A DNA stretch of 64,000 nucleotides from a bacterium (GCA_037439545.1 JBBIVV010000003.1:1-64000), one strand, 5' to 3'; positions 40,369 through 52,669 are shown, numbered from the stretch's first letter. The notes: generated from the sequence alone by a model not told the origin. Made by a program: numbers and translations.

Positions 40369-41694
40369 ATGGGAACTTCTGATTCTATTATATCCGAGTT
40401 GATTTTGCTTCTATTCCTGGTTTTTGTAAATGCCTTTTTTGCTGCCGCTGAAATAGCCATAATTACCGTCAGGGCCAAAGGCTTGAAGAGGGAGAAGGGT
40501 AAAAGCTGGCTGTGGGACAATGTAGCGTCGTTACTGCAGGATACGCGGAGCCTGTTTTCAATCATTCAGATTATGGTGACGGTTGTCGGGTTCCTGTCGT
40601 CAGCGATTGCAGCACAATGGTATGCAGCCCCGCTTTCGAATTATCTGTCTTCCCATGTGGGTTTTTTGAGCATACGCCACTGGCAGATGCTTTCCATATT
40701 TTCTGTTACCATGATTATGTCGTATATATTTCTTGTCATTGGAGAGCTGTTCCCCAAGGCCCTTGCCGTTGAATACCCTGATAAGATTGCAGCGGTCACG
40801 GCACCGGTCATAAACCTGATCTTAAAGCTTCTTTATCCCCTCGTAAAATTTCTTGCCCTGTCCGTGCAGGCCGTCGGCAGGATATTCGGCCTGAGCCTGA
40901 AGGGTGGCTTGTCGATAATTACCGAGGACGAGATACGGGCAATCATAGATAAAGGTACGAAAGAGGGTGTGGTGGAGCCGGATGAGCGGAAATTGATCTA
41001 CTCGGTACTTGAGTTCAGCAATACCATGATAAAAGAGATAATGACGCCGAGGGTCGATGTGATAGCGATAGAAAAAGATGTGCCCACAGAAGAGGCATTA
41101 AACAAGATGATAGAATCCGGCTATTCGAGGATGCCCGTATATGAGAATGATATGGACCATGTTGTCGGCATAGTCCACATTAAGGACCTTATCGATGCAA
41201 GAAATAAAAGCAAACAACTGCCGAATATACTCAGAATAGCTCACTTTATACCGGATACCATGAGGCTCGATGATGCCATCAAGGAATTCAGGAAAAAGGA
41301 CATACAGATGGCCGTTGTTTCTGACGAGTACGGCGGGGTTTCAGGTATCGTAACGATGGAAGACATACTTGAAGAGATCGTCGGGGAAATACGGGATGAG
41401 TATGACCAGCAGGAAGAAGAACCGATACAGCATGTGCAGGGAGGTATCGTCGTGCTCGGGAGTGTCAACATCGCGGACATAAACGAAGCCCTCGGTGTCA
41501 ATCTTGACGACTCGAAGGTAAGCACGATAGGAGGATTTGTGACGGGTGCCATGGGGCATTATCCGTCGGTCGGCGAGATTTATGTGGATGGGCAGGTAAA
41601 GATATTTATATTGAAAATAAAAGGCAGGCGGCTGGAAAAACTGAAGATTATCAAAAAGGATGAGAATGCCATAGAGGCAATGGATCGACGTTGA
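40369..41694 (+). CDS. HlyC/CorC (CNNM-CBS-CorC) Mg2+/Co2+ transporter family
   Basis: NAFFAAAEIA, GELFPK, IMTPR, SRMPVY, DEYGG..GIVT.EDILEEIVGEI.DEYD. Confidence 0.93.
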   Translation: MGTSDSIISELILLLFLVFVNAFFAAAEIAIITVRAKGLKREKGKSWLWDNVASLLQDTRSLFSIIQIMVTVVGFLSSAIAAQWYAAPLSNYLSSHVGFLSIRHWQMLSIFSVTMIMSYIFLVIGELFPKALAVEYPDKIAAVTAPVINLILKLLYPLVKFLALSVQAVGRIFGLSLKGGLSIITEDEIRAIIDKGTKEGVVEPDERKLIYSVLEFSNTMIKEIMTPRVDVIAIEKDVPTEEALNKMIESGYSRMPVYENDMDHVVGIVHIKDLIDARNKSKQLPNILRIAHFIPDTMRLDDAIKEFRKKDIQMAVVSDEYGGVSGIVTMEDILEEIVGEIRDEYDQQEEEPIQHVQGGIVVLGSVNIADINEALGVNLDDSKVSTIGGFVTGAMGHYPSVGEIYVDGQVKIFILKIKGRRLEKLKIIKKDENAIEAMDRR

Positions 41695-41716
41695 TGTAAA
41701 ATGCCGGGAGGGCAGT

Positions 41717-43018
41717 ATGTATGATTTTATAATTGTTGGGGGAGGGGTAGCAGGCCTCGAGCTTGGTGCGATGCTGAGCCACGACGGATATAACCTGCTT
41801 ATCCTTGAACAGTCAGAGCACGCTGGCGGAAGGGCATTTGTACATTCGAAAGACGGGTTTACCCTGGATAACGGCATTCATCTCGTGAGGTTTGGGAAAA
41901 AGAGCGCCATTGCAAGAACGATGAAGCATATCGGCAGGGAGATTGAATTCGTGTCACCGGGAAATGCTTATCTTGCGGATGAAAACAATAATTTCATACT
42001 TTTCCCCACGGGCCCCGGGGGGTTTTTAAAGAGCGAGTTGTTTACGTTCTCCGAACGTATCAAAGCCCTGAAGATCATGATCAAGTTGAAGATTGGCGGT
42101 CACCATGGGCTCGAACAATACACTGTTGAAGATTGGTTGCAAAATGAAGGGGTAGAGGGCGGGCTCAAGAGGTACTTTAAACTGGTCAGTGCTTCTATGC
42201 TCGTATGTTCAATGACATCCATTGCATCTGCGAAGGCATTTGCGGAGAATGTAGGCATGGTTTTGAAGACAGGCATATCCGTGGAATACCCGTCACACGG
42301 CTGGCAGAAAGATATCATCGGACCTCTCATCGATGAAATAAAACGGCACGGCGAGATAAGGACGGGTGCACGGGTAAGCTCGGTCATTCTTGAGAATGGT
42401 ACGGCTGCAGGTGTCAGGGTAAAGGATGAAACCGTTCCTGCAAAAAATATAATCATCGATATTCCCTCTCAGGAACTGGGAACAATACTGGATATAAAAG
42501 CTATCAAGGATGAAAGGCTGAAAACAGCTTCGAACCTTGTGCCCACGTCAGGCATATCCATAGACTATGCCGTCGAAGGCACTATAAGTGACAAGAACGG
42601 GCTTATCTATCTTGAAGACCCGGTGAGTTTTGGCTGTATCGTATCCAACCTGTCGTCAGAAATCGCCCCTGCAGGCAAGTCGCTTTTAACATGGTTCTGC
42701 CCGATCCATTGTGAGGAGATGAAGCAGAAGGATCAGGTACGCAGGTATCAGCAAAAACTTGAAAGCAGGATAGAGTCCCTATTTCCAAGTCTTAAAAACA
42801 AGACCCTGTTCAAACGCGTCCTCCATTTTAACATGGTAGACGGTGTCGAGCTGAATATAAACCAGCTGCAGGGTAAAAGATTAAACTATACGGTAAACGG
42901 TATCGGGAACCTTTATTTCGTCGGTGATACAACCGCGGCACCGGGAGCAGGGGGCGACATAGCCCATGAGTCAAGTATCGGGTGTTATGAAACGATAACA
43001 GGCAAGGCAATCTTATAA
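41717..43018 (+). CDS. FAD-dependent oxidoreductase, phytoene desaturase/amine oxidase-like
   Basis: VGGGVAGL, E.....GGR.......GF..D.G.H, LYFVGD. Confidence 0.75.
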   Translation: MYDFIIVGGGVAGLELGAMLSHDGYNLLILEQSEHAGGRAFVHSKDGFTLDNGIHLVRFGKKSAIARTMKHIGREIEFVSPGNAYLADENNNFILFPTGPGGFLKSELFTFSERIKALKIMIKLKIGGHHGLEQYTVEDWLQNEGVEGGLKRYFKLVSASMLVCSMTSIASAKAFAENVGMVLKTGISVEYPSHGWQKDIIGPLIDEIKRHGEIRTGARVSSVILENGTAAGVRVKDETVPAKNIIIDIPSQELGTILDIKAIKDERLKTASNLVPTSGISIDYAVEGTISDKNGLIYLEDPVSFGCIVSNLSSEIAPAGKSLLTWFCPIHCEEMKQKDQVRRYQQKLESRIESLFPSLKNKTLFKRVLHFNMVDGVELNINQLQGKRLNYTVNGIGNLYFVGDTTAAPGAGGDIAHESSIGCYETITGKAIL

Positions 43019-43035
43019 ATGACAGCGTATAAAAG

Positions 43036-44112
43036 ATGGTTGAAGCGATAAAACTTGTAGTAAGCGATCTGCATCTCGGAAGGGGAAGATTCACGTCTGA
43101 AGGCATAAGGAACCCTTATGAGGATTTCTTTTTCGATGAGAGTTTTTCCGAGTTGATAGGTTATTATACGTCCGGAACATATACCGATTATGACGTGGAA
43201 CTGATTATAAACGGAGATTTTCTCAACTTGCTTCAGGCAGATATACTAAAGGACGGGGTTACCATTGGAGAGCCTGAAAGTGTTCTTATGCTCCAGAGGA
43301 TCATAAAAGGACACCCCGTATTTTTCGATTCTCTCAGACAGTTTTTGTATGCATTAAATCATCATGTAAGCATAATTATCGGCAACCATGATCAGGGTTT
43401 ACTCTGGAATGAGGTCGAAAGATTTTTGAAAAATGCCCTTTCTCCGCGCATAGAACTCTACAGCCGTTCAAAAACATTCAATGACATATACATAGAACAC
43501 GGCAATAACTACGATATCCTGAACGGATTTTCTCCCATCGATTCTATAAAAAAATCTCCGGTAACGAATGAACCGGCACTCAATATACCCTGGGGCAGTT
43601 ATTTCGTATTAACGTTCATCTATCCGAGAAAAAAGAACACGCCGTATCTCGACAGGATAAAGCCCCTGAGGAAATATATAAGGTGGGGGCTTTTGTTCGA
43701 CACAAGAAAAACGGTGATTACCCTGCTCCAGATGGTATGGTTCTATCTCAAAAACAGGTTCCATGCAGACCCCCACAGACGCAGGAAGTTCCGCATATCC
43801 CTCGAACATGTCATGGAATCGTTGAAGTTAGGCTCTATTACGGACATTGCTTTCTCTATATTGAAACACACGAATTACAGGATAGTAATCATGGGTCATA
43901 CACACAAGGCACTGCATATGGAGGTGCAGGGCAAGCAATATCTTAATACGGGCACGTGGACGGATATCGTGGATATGGGTATCGATAATCCAGGCAGGCA
44001 CACGAAACTTACCTATGTACTGATCGATTACCGTGTAAACCCGGCAAGGGTAAGCCTCAGGGAATGGCACGGGAATTACAGGATAGAAAATGAAATACAT
44101 GGATGGTTGTAA
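43036..44112 (+). CDS. Calcineurin-like metallophosphoesterase
   Basis: SDLH, NGDF, GNHD, EHG, GHTH, YLNTG.W. Confidence 0.85.
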   Translation: MVEAIKLVVSDLHLGRGRFTSEGIRNPYEDFFFDESFSELIGYYTSGTYTDYDVELIINGDFLNLLQADILKDGVTIGEPESVLMLQRIIKGHPVFFDSLRQFLYALNHHVSIIIGNHDQGLLWNEVERFLKNALSPRIELYSRSKTFNDIYIEHGNNYDILNGFSPIDSIKKSPVTNEPALNIPWGSYFVLTFIYPRKKNTPYLDRIKPLRKYIRWGLLFDTRKTVITLLQMVWFYLKNRFHADPHRRRKFRISLEHVMESLKLGSITDIAFSILKHTNYRIVIMGHTHKALHMEVQGKQYLNTGTWTDIVDMGIDNPGRHTKLTYVLIDYRVNPARVSLREWHGNYRIENEIHGWL

Positions 44113-44189
44113 CATGGAAAGGTTGATCGAATGAACAAATTTTGCCATGGTAATTTTTCCGTTAAGCCGGTAAGTGCTCATAAGGCATC

Positions 44190-45023
44190 ATGAACTTTTT
44201 ACTCGGCGCTCTATTTTTTTCGATCATTCAGGGACACGGTGTCAGTATGACGGTGGTCCCTGACCGGCTCTATCCCGGGAGTCCATTTTTAGTGAGCATG
44301 AGCGGACTTGTGTCAGGCACAGCCTACGACATTCAATTCGATAACCGCGCCCTTCGATTTACCGGCAGCGGCAAAGCAACCGTTTTACTCGGAGTCGATC
44401 TGTCCCATCCGGCAGGCATGGATCACATAAGCCTCTCTGCACAGGGTATAAGCACGCCGGTTACCTCTGCGACTATCCGGATACACCGGCATACCTATCC
44501 GGCACAGTATCTAAAACTACCTAAAAACTATGTAGAACTTACCCCCGCGGAATTACAAAGAGCAGAGAAAGAACAGGCACAGTTGGACAGGCTCTTTGCC
44601 GTCGATACCATGCCTCCATTATGGAGCGGAGATTTTATAATGCCGCTTCGTGGCATAATAACGGCGCCGTTCGGGGGGAGGAGATTTTTGAACGGCGAAC
44701 CCAGGTCTCCTCACACGGGCATAGACATAGCGGCACGTGCAGGAGCTCCTGTCGTTGCGACGAACAGGGGTATCGTGTGTTTTACCGGAAATCTGTTTTT
44801 CGGCGGTAACAGTATTATAATAGATCATGGTCAGGGCATTTATTCCATGTATTTTCATCTTGATAAGTATGCAGTGAAAAATGGGGAGCAGGTGAACAAG
44901 GGGCAGATAATAGGCTATGCCGGCAACTCAGGACGTGTGACAGGAGCAGCACTGCACTTCGGCGTACGGATCATGGACAGTAAGATTGATCCCCAGTTAT
45001 TGTTCCCGCTCATACAACAGTAA
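44190..45023 (+). CDS. M23 family metallopeptidase
   Basis: HTGID, IDHG.G....YFH; second motif reads ALHF rather than HLHF. Confidence 0.85.
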   Translation: MNFLLGALFFSIIQGHGVSMTVVPDRLYPGSPFLVSMSGLVSGTAYDIQFDNRALRFTGSGKATVLLGVDLSHPAGMDHISLSAQGISTPVTSATIRIHRHTYPAQYLKLPKNYVELTPAELQRAEKEQAQLDRLFAVDTMPPLWSGDFIMPLRGIITAPFGGRRFLNGEPRSPHTGIDIAARAGAPVVATNRGIVCFTGNLFFGGNSIIIDHGQGIYSMYFHLDKYAVKNGEQVNKGQIIGYAGNSGRVTGAALHFGVRIMDSKIDPQLLFPLIQQ

Positions 45024-45140
45024 TTCTTATATCGCCGCAAACTTTTTCCCCTTTTAAACAAACTCCCCTGTTTGGAAATGTAAAATCAAAATTTTATTGC
45101 TATTCGATGTAGGAATAAGGTATAGTAATAATGGAGGTTA

Positions 45141-46202
45141 TTGATGGGAAACAAAAAGCCTTTGGAAAAAATGATGAGTGAGTACGACAAAAAACCGAGA
45201 ACATCATTGAAAATCGGTTTATGCCTCAGCGGCGGTGCCATACGGGGGCTTGCTCATGTCGGCGTTCTCCGTGTCCTTTATAACGAATTTATCCCCATTG
45301 ACTTTATAACAGGCAGCAGCGCAGGATCCATTGTTGCAGGGCTGTATGCCTTGTACGGCTATCATTCAAGCTGGTCGGTCTTTGAAAAGACACTAAGAAA
45401 CAGATCCATCTTTAAAATTAAAAAAGGGAAGAATGACGAGTTCTTTGATTCAGCATATTTTAAAGTGTGGCTAAAAGCGCTTTTTGGAGATGCCACTTTT
45501 CATGATGTGAAGATCCCTTTTGAGGTTACGGCACTCGATATCGTATCAGGCAAGACCATCTACATAAGCGAGGGATACCTCAGAGATGCGATATATGCCT
45601 CCTGTGCGGTACCGGGTGTATGGAAGCCTGCCAAAGTCGGCAGTATGCTTCTTGTCGACGGGTCGTTTGGGAATGATGCCCCTGTTGACTGGCTGAGAGG
45701 AAAAGGAGCTGACGTTATCATAGTTTCCATCGTCAACATCTACAATGAATTCCTCTACGGTACCGGTCTCTCGGTATCACGGTTATTAAAGCTCATAGCA
45801 TCAAGACGCCTTCTCAATCCGTTCATTACCGCAAGCGGCAGAGGGCTTGAATACGTAACGAGGGACATGAAGGACATGGAGAAGAAACCATTGTGGAGCT
45901 TGCTGCGGACAATCGCTGTGTTCGGCAAAAATTTCGATACGCAGAAATGGGGCACTGATGCCGATGTCAAGATAGTGCCGGACATAGGGGATTTTTATTC
46001 GAGTAATCCAGGGTATTTATCCAGGAATAAGAGGACGGAATTTATAGCGGCAGGCGCTATTGCGACATGGAAGAAGATCCCCCAGTTAAAGCACATTCTT
46101 GGAGAGATAAAGTTAAAGAAGGAAATGTCAGGCTCGGCTTCCGATAAGATAAAGAAACAGATTAAGAGTGTAAAGAATTCTTTCCTGAAATTAGTCGGCT
46201 AA
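45141..46202 (+). CDS. Patatin-like phospholipase
   Basis: LSGGA.RG.AH.GVL, GSSAG, ASCA.PG, LVDG; start probably ATG 45144 (SD GGAGG). Confidence 0.88.
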   Translation: MMGNKKPLEKMMSEYDKKPRTSLKIGLCLSGGAIRGLAHVGVLRVLYNEFIPIDFITGSSAGSIVAGLYALYGYHSSWSVFEKTLRNRSIFKIKKGKNDEFFDSAYFKVWLKALFGDATFHDVKIPFEVTALDIVSGKTIYISEGYLRDAIYASCAVPGVWKPAKVGSMLLVDGSFGNDAPVDWLRGKGADVIIVSIVNIYNEFLYGTGLSVSRLLKLIASRRLLNPFITASGRGLEYVTRDMKDMEKKPLWSLLRTIAVFGKNFDTQKWGTDADVKIVPDIGDFYSSNPGYLSRNKRTEFIAAGAIATWKKIPQLKHILGEIKLKKEMSGSASDKIKKQIKSVKNSFLKLVG

Positions 46203-46218
46203 GTTTTATCATTCCGCC

Positions 46219-46599
46219 TTAGAGGGTGTCCGGCCCCTTAGGACTTTGAGGTGCCGTATCTTCTTTTATTTCTTTCTGAGATGCCGGGACAGATGTGTTT
46301 GCTTTCTTTACCGTCTTCTTTCTCTTCCCCTTTTTCTTTGCCCCGGATTTTTTCGATACCTCGTTCAGCCTTAAATTCAGTTTTGTAATCTCGCCGTTCA
46401 GTTTTTTGATGTCTTCGAGAGAAGGCATATTCAAAATGCCGAGTGCCAGAGGCATCACGGCATCAAGTCTCGATTTTAGTTTCATCATCTGTTCAAAAGT
46501 CTTGTTTAATACGGGCTGTATCTTTTTCGACGAAAGCAGCTTGGTTGCCACTTCACTTATTGTCAAACCTTCAAAAAAATCCGATGTCTTTTTCTTCAT
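46219..46599 (-). CDS. PhaF/PhaI-like (phasin-type) coiled-coil protein with basic tail
   Basis: L..LNMPS.EDI..L...I..L..RL motif followed by Lys-rich tail; start re-called at 46599 with SD. Confidence 0.5.
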   Translation of the reverse strand: MKKKTSDFFEGLTISEVATKLLSSKKIQPVLNKTFEQMMKLKSRLDAVMPLALGILNMPSLEDIKKLNGEITKLNLRLNEVSKKSGAKKKGKRKKTVKKANTSVPASQKEIKEDTAPQSPKGPDTL

Positions 46600-46697
46600 A
46601 ACCTCTCCTCCTGTCCTCATCTAACCCAAACTTGCGAAGATATGTCAATTATTTTTACAATTGACACGCATAAAATACGCTATTATAGAAATCAATT

Positions 46698-48239
46698 ATG
46701 AAAAAAGTCCTGATAGTGTCATCACTACTGCCGGTTTTCCTTTTATCTTTTGTGCTTTCCTGCAGTAAAAGAGGCACTGCTCAATCATCTTCATCCACAG
46801 CGACACTGGTCATAGGCATTGAAGGCGACCCTGCGAACCTCGATCCCCGGTATGCTACTGACGCATATTCTCAGCAGATAGACAGATTGTGCTTCCAGGG
46901 TTTGATGAGATATAAAAGGGACGGCACCCTTGTCCCGCTGCTTGCAGAGCACGTTGCCATTGAAAACAATACAACGATACAGTTTGACCTCAAAAGGGGC
47001 ATCACATTTCAGGATGGTTCTCCTTTCACTGCGCAGGATGTCTTTTCAACAATAGACGGCATTATACGATCAGGCACCTACTCGCCGTATACAGAGGCAT
47101 TATCGCATATAAAAGATATGAGGGTTTTAAGCCCCTGGAGGCTGACAATCCAGCTTAAAGAGCCTTATGCACCGATACTCACGGCCTTTGTCATAGGCAT
47201 ACTGCCGCATAAGCTCGCGTACAAGAAAGAGATACCGGTCGATGAATTTACAGGGACAGGCCCTTACAGGTTCTCTGTGTATAAGCAGGCAGGGTATGTT
47301 AAACTTGAAGCATACAACGGATATTGGCAGGGTGCACCCGGGATAAAGAATATCGTATTCAGAGTCATGCCTGATGACCTGACCCGCGTGCTTGAGCTTG
47401 AGAAAGGCAGTATAGACATGCTTGTCAATGCTGTTCCCCCTGATTCTGTAAACAGCCTTGAGCATACCGGACACATCCGCGTTATCGCAGGCCCTGGAAA
47501 TAATTATGAATACCTTGGGTTTAACATGAAGGACCCTATACTCGGAAGAAAGAGGGTCAGGCAGGCAATAGCAAACGCAATAAACAGGGAGGACATTATA
47601 CGGTATGTTCTGTTTAATCAGGCAGAGCCTGCGGCAGGCATACTGCCTGAATGGAACAACGCGTACAACCCGGGCCTCCGGCAGTATGCCTATGACCCTT
47701 CAAAAGCAAAACGATTGCTCGATCAGGCCGGATTTCCCGAAAAACACGGGTACAGGTTTACCCTCGATTATAAAACATCGAACAACCCTCTGTCCGTAAG
47801 GGTCGCACAGGCAATTTCATATCAGCTTGAACACGTAGGCATAAAGGTCAATCTCAGATCGTACGAATGGGCAACCTTTTACAACGACATCCGGCACGGA
47901 AATTTTCAGATATATACCTTAAGATGGGTCGGTGTCATGGACCCTGATATATTTTACTATGCGTTTGATTCGAATGCCGTTCCACCGTATGGCGCAAACA
48001 GAGGGTATTATTCGAACCCGGATGTGGACAGGCTCCTTGAGCAGGCACGGGGCATACTGAACATACATGAATCCCTGCCGCTGTATATGCATGTCCAGAG
48101 CATCATTGCCGATGACCTGCCCTGCGTGAGCCTGTGGTATATGAAGGACATAACCGCAATCAGGGACAGGGTCCACAACTTCGAGCCCTTTCCCGGCGGA
48201 GGATATACAGGTATTGAAAAGGCATATTTAACCAAATAA
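46698..48239 (+). CDS. Family 5 (OppA/DppA) ABC solute-binding lipoprotein
   Basis: Lipobox VLSC, NLDP, F.DG...TA.DV, GTGPY, VRQAI..AI.R. Confidence 0.92.
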   Translation: MKKVLIVSSLLPVFLLSFVLSCSKRGTAQSSSSTATLVIGIEGDPANLDPRYATDAYSQQIDRLCFQGLMRYKRDGTLVPLLAEHVAIENNTTIQFDLKRGITFQDGSPFTAQDVFSTIDGIIRSGTYSPYTEALSHIKDMRVLSPWRLTIQLKEPYAPILTAFVIGILPHKLAYKKEIPVDEFTGTGPYRFSVYKQAGYVKLEAYNGYWQGAPGIKNIVFRVMPDDLTRVLELEKGSIDMLVNAVPPDSVNSLEHTGHIRVIAGPGNNYEYLGFNMKDPILGRKRVRQAIANAINREDIIRYVLFNQAEPAAGILPEWNNAYNPGLRQYAYDPSKAKRLLDQAGFPEKHGYRFTLDYKTSNNPLSVRVAQAISYQLEHVGIKVNLRSYEWATFYNDIRHGNFQIYTLRWVGVMDPDIFYYAFDSNAVPPYGANRGYYSNPDVDRLLEQARGILNIHESLPLYMHVQSIIADDLPCVSLWYMKDITAIRDRVHNFEPFPGGGYTGIEKAYLTK

Positions 48240-48278
48240 TGAATGTAGAATACAGGAAGTTCGACGGAGGCTTCCTAC

Positions 48279-48306
48279 TTGAAAGTTTTCTATTTAAGTA
48301 TACAAT
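48279..48306 (+). promoter_or_regulatory. Putative sigma70 promoter, leaderless TonB-like gene
   Basis: TTGAAA-16-TACAAT-6-ATG. Confidence 0.6.
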
Positions 48307-48312
48307 AATATT

Positions 48313-49323
48313 ATGCAAAAAGAGGGTATTAAAAATCTTGAGATAGCCATTCTGTTTTCAGCACTTCTGCATATTATAATCCTGTATGCGTTCAGGTATA
48401 ATATGTTGCACGTAAGCCCTGTTATCAATCAGCCCCAAAAATATATCGAACTCAGTACAGTTCCACCCGAAGATCTGAAAAGCGAAAATGCAGAACCGGT
48501 GCCTGAAAAAAACGATATGCTGCCGAAAAAAAACGACCGGCAGAAACTCGTTCTTAAAAATCAGATAGTGGACATTCCGAAACCTCTTGTTCAGCAGGAG
48601 CCCAAGAAAACAGCCTATCTGTCGAACTGGTCGCAGAGCGTAAACGAAGAAATGGTCAGCAAGCATAAGGGCGGCGGTTATGGGACAGACGGTCTGAAAT
48701 CACTTGAGGTCAGTGCAAAGCCGCAGGTCCCTGAAGCTGGCAATGAAAAAACGATTCCAAAACCACCGGAGGCAAAGCCATTGGCAGATGAGGAAGGGCT
48801 GACATCGAATCCAAAGGACACGCTTTCTCTTAAGCAGCACAACAGTTCACAGTCAGGCAAGGACCAGAAACTCGCCCTGAATTCGCTGCTGCCTTCTTAT
48901 TCGAGGATGAGGGAAAACCAGGGTATAGGCGATAACAATTATCTTCCTGGCCTTAAAGAAGGGGACGTGACCCTTCTGAACACCAAGAGCTTTGTGTATG
49001 CCGGCTTTGTGAGGAGGGTTGCGTACAGGATATTCGATCAGTTTATATTCGATATGCGGAACAGTGATATAAGCCCGGATGAAATAAACAACATTAACAG
49101 TCATGCATATATTGAAGCCAATATGAACCAGGCAGGTAAATTGATATCCGTAAAACTGCTCAGGTCGTCAGGTTCGCCGGCATGGGACCATATGGCAATA
49201 GAGGCGTGCAAAGACGCAACATGGGATGCGAATCCTCCCAAAGGAGCAGAAGGCAAAGATGGGGTCATACATTTTGTATTTGCCCCGGGTAAAGATGTTC
49301 TTGTTGTCGGTTTGCTTGACTGA
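48313..49323 (+). CDS. TonB/TolA-like energy transducer
   Basis: TM with S.LLH, Pro/Lys linker, T.LNT..F.YA.F.RR, G.L..V.L.RSSG...WD..A. Confidence 0.75.
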   Translation: MQKEGIKNLEIAILFSALLHIIILYAFRYNMLHVSPVINQPQKYIELSTVPPEDLKSENAEPVPEKNDMLPKKNDRQKLVLKNQIVDIPKPLVQQEPKKTAYLSNWSQSVNEEMVSKHKGGGYGTDGLKSLEVSAKPQVPEAGNEKTIPKPPEAKPLADEEGLTSNPKDTLSLKQHNSSQSGKDQKLALNSLLPSYSRMRENQGIGDNNYLPGLKEGDVTLLNTKSFVYAGFVRRVAYRIFDQFIFDMRNSDISPDEINNINSHAYIEANMNQAGKLISVKLLRSSGSPAWDHMAIEACKDATWDANPPKGAEGKDGVIHFVFAPGKDVLVVGLLD

Positions 49324-49423
49324 TTGATAATATCTCTTGATAAGATAAAACTTCAGATTATATTTTAATAGTTGTAAGGGGTGACAGGAGTAACCCTTTA
49401 AGAAATAATATTAAAAATAATAA

Positions 49424-51085
<1,662 letters not shown>

Positions 51086-51127
51086 AGATCCGGTCGTCTG
51101 AAACCACGGGAAAATTAAGCAATAAGC

Positions 51128-51156
51128 AAGGGGCGCTGCATGCAGCGCCCCTTTTT
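51128..51156 (+). terminator. Intrinsic terminator after groEL (may act on both strands)
   Basis: Perfect palindrome AAGGGGCGCTGC-AT-GCAGCGCCCCTT plus T-run, between convergent genes. Confidence 0.85.
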
Positions 51157-51172
51157 CATGTGCCTGAAATTG

Positions 51173-52669
51173 TCAGCAGATCACCTCATATACTGTGACG
51201 GGATTTTCTTTCCCCTTGACCGCTATCTCTCCGACCAGTTTCGTGTTCACGGGCCTTTGGACGAAGCTATTTGTCTCTCTCGAGATCAATATCTGATTTA
51301 CCTGTGCAATGGACTGCAGCCGTGATGCTACATTGACGATGTTGCCGATGACCGTGTATTCAAGCCTCCGGGACGACCCGACCATAATACCGAGGACCGG
51401 TCCTGTATCTATGCCTATCCTTAAGGAGACGTCGATTCCATCCTCATTGTTTTTTACCCATCGGATCAATGATTCGGCTGAATTTATGGCCCTATCGGGA
51501 TCATCGGCATGCGAGATCGGTGTGCCGAATACAGCCATAAAGCCGTCACCGAGGAACTTGTTTATGGATCCTCCGTTCGAAAGAACGATAGTCGTCGCCT
51601 TTTCAAAGAACGCACGCAGGATACGCGCGATCTCCCGGGGATTGTTCTTCTCCGTCAGCGAGGTAAAGCCCACGATGTCTGCGAACAGTATGGTGCTTCT
51701 GTTTACCTCCTGCACATTCCACAGGGATGAAGGATTGTTCTTTATCATATCGAGAAATCCGGACACAGCCTCTATCGGTACGAATCGTTTGATCTGCTCT
51801 ACGATGTTTTTTTCGTCCGTTATTTTTTGAATGAGCCGTTCGTGGGCTATGGTCAAGGCAAGCAGGTTTGCAATGATGGTAATGAAATTCAGATTTTCTT
51901 CGCTGAACTGCTGCCGGCCGATCTTACGATCAGCATAGAGTGCACCGTAGATTTGGTCCTTTTCCCATATAGGGGCACAGATGGCGGAATATATGCCCAT
52001 ATTCTGTATCGTGCGGTCCCCGGTAAATCTATTGTCAATGCCCGCATTTTTCACAAGGATGCCCGCCCTGTTTTTTATGGATTTGTTGAGTATTGATGAA
52101 CTGATACCCGTTACGCCCGGTCCCCGGACATGGCTTGCAGATTTCATCAATAGCTCTCCGGTAGTCTCATTTATTACCAGTATTGCCCCGTAATCTGCTT
52201 TAAGGGCGTTCCCTATCGATTTTATGGTATGATCATAAAATTGTTCCTGGTCATGCGTGTAGATACCTTCCCGGGCGACAGAGAATATGATGTCCAGATA
52301 CACATTGTTTAACAGCGAGGGTGAAGAGGCTATACTGTTGAGCTCAGCGGACGGGACTTCCTTGACGGTTATAAGCTCCTCGTCTTTGAAGACCAATACC
52401 ACATTGCCTGCTTTAATCTCATCCTGATCCTTTAATTTAATTTTTTCTGCAATCATCTCGCCGTTGAGAAGGGTGCCGTTTGAGCTTCCATTATCATAGA
52501 CATAATATCCGTCCGGTTCTTTTTTTATGACGAAATGATTTCTGGAAACACTCGAGTCGAACAGTACTATATCATTGGAGGGTAGTCTGCCGGCGCTTAC
52601 CGCGCCTTTATCGATTACAAAAACCTCTTCGGACTGATTATTTTTTTGACTGTAAACCAGAGACGGCAT
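51173..52669 (-). CDS. FHA-GAF-class III adenylate/guanylate cyclase
   Basis: FHA GR...D......VSR.H...S.NGT; GAF SAICAP; cyclase FADIVGFT, KFLGDG, VN.ASRL. Confidence 0.92.
   Translation of the reverse strand: MPSLVYSQKNNQSEEVFVIDKGAVSAGRLPSNDIVLFDSSVSRNHFVIKKEPDGYYVYDNGSSNGTLLNGEMIAEKIKLKDQDEIKAGNVVLVFKDEELITVKEVPSAELNSIASSPSLLNNVYLDIIFSVAREGIYTHDQEQFYDHTIKSIGNALKADYGAILVINETTGELLMKSASHVRGPGVTGISSSILNKSIKNRAGILVKNAGIDNRFTGDRTIQNMGIYSAICAPIWEKDQIYGALYADRKIGRQQFSEENLNFITIIANLLALTIAHERLIQKITDEKNIVEQIKRFVPIEAVSGFLDMIKNNPSSLWNVQEVNRSTILFADIVGFTSLTEKNNPREIARILRAFFEKATTIVLSNGGSINKFLGDGFMAVFGTPISHADDPDRAINSAESLIRWVKNNEDGIDVSLRIGIDTGPVLGIMVGSSRRLEYTVIGNIVNVASRLQSIAQVNQILISRETNSFVQRPVNTKLVGEIAVKGKENPVTVYEVIC

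Noticed and set aside
41717..43018. Carotenoid or hopanoid biosynthesis cluster
   Set aside because: No phytoene/squalene synthase or cyclase nearby; only a generic FAD oxidoreductase can be supported
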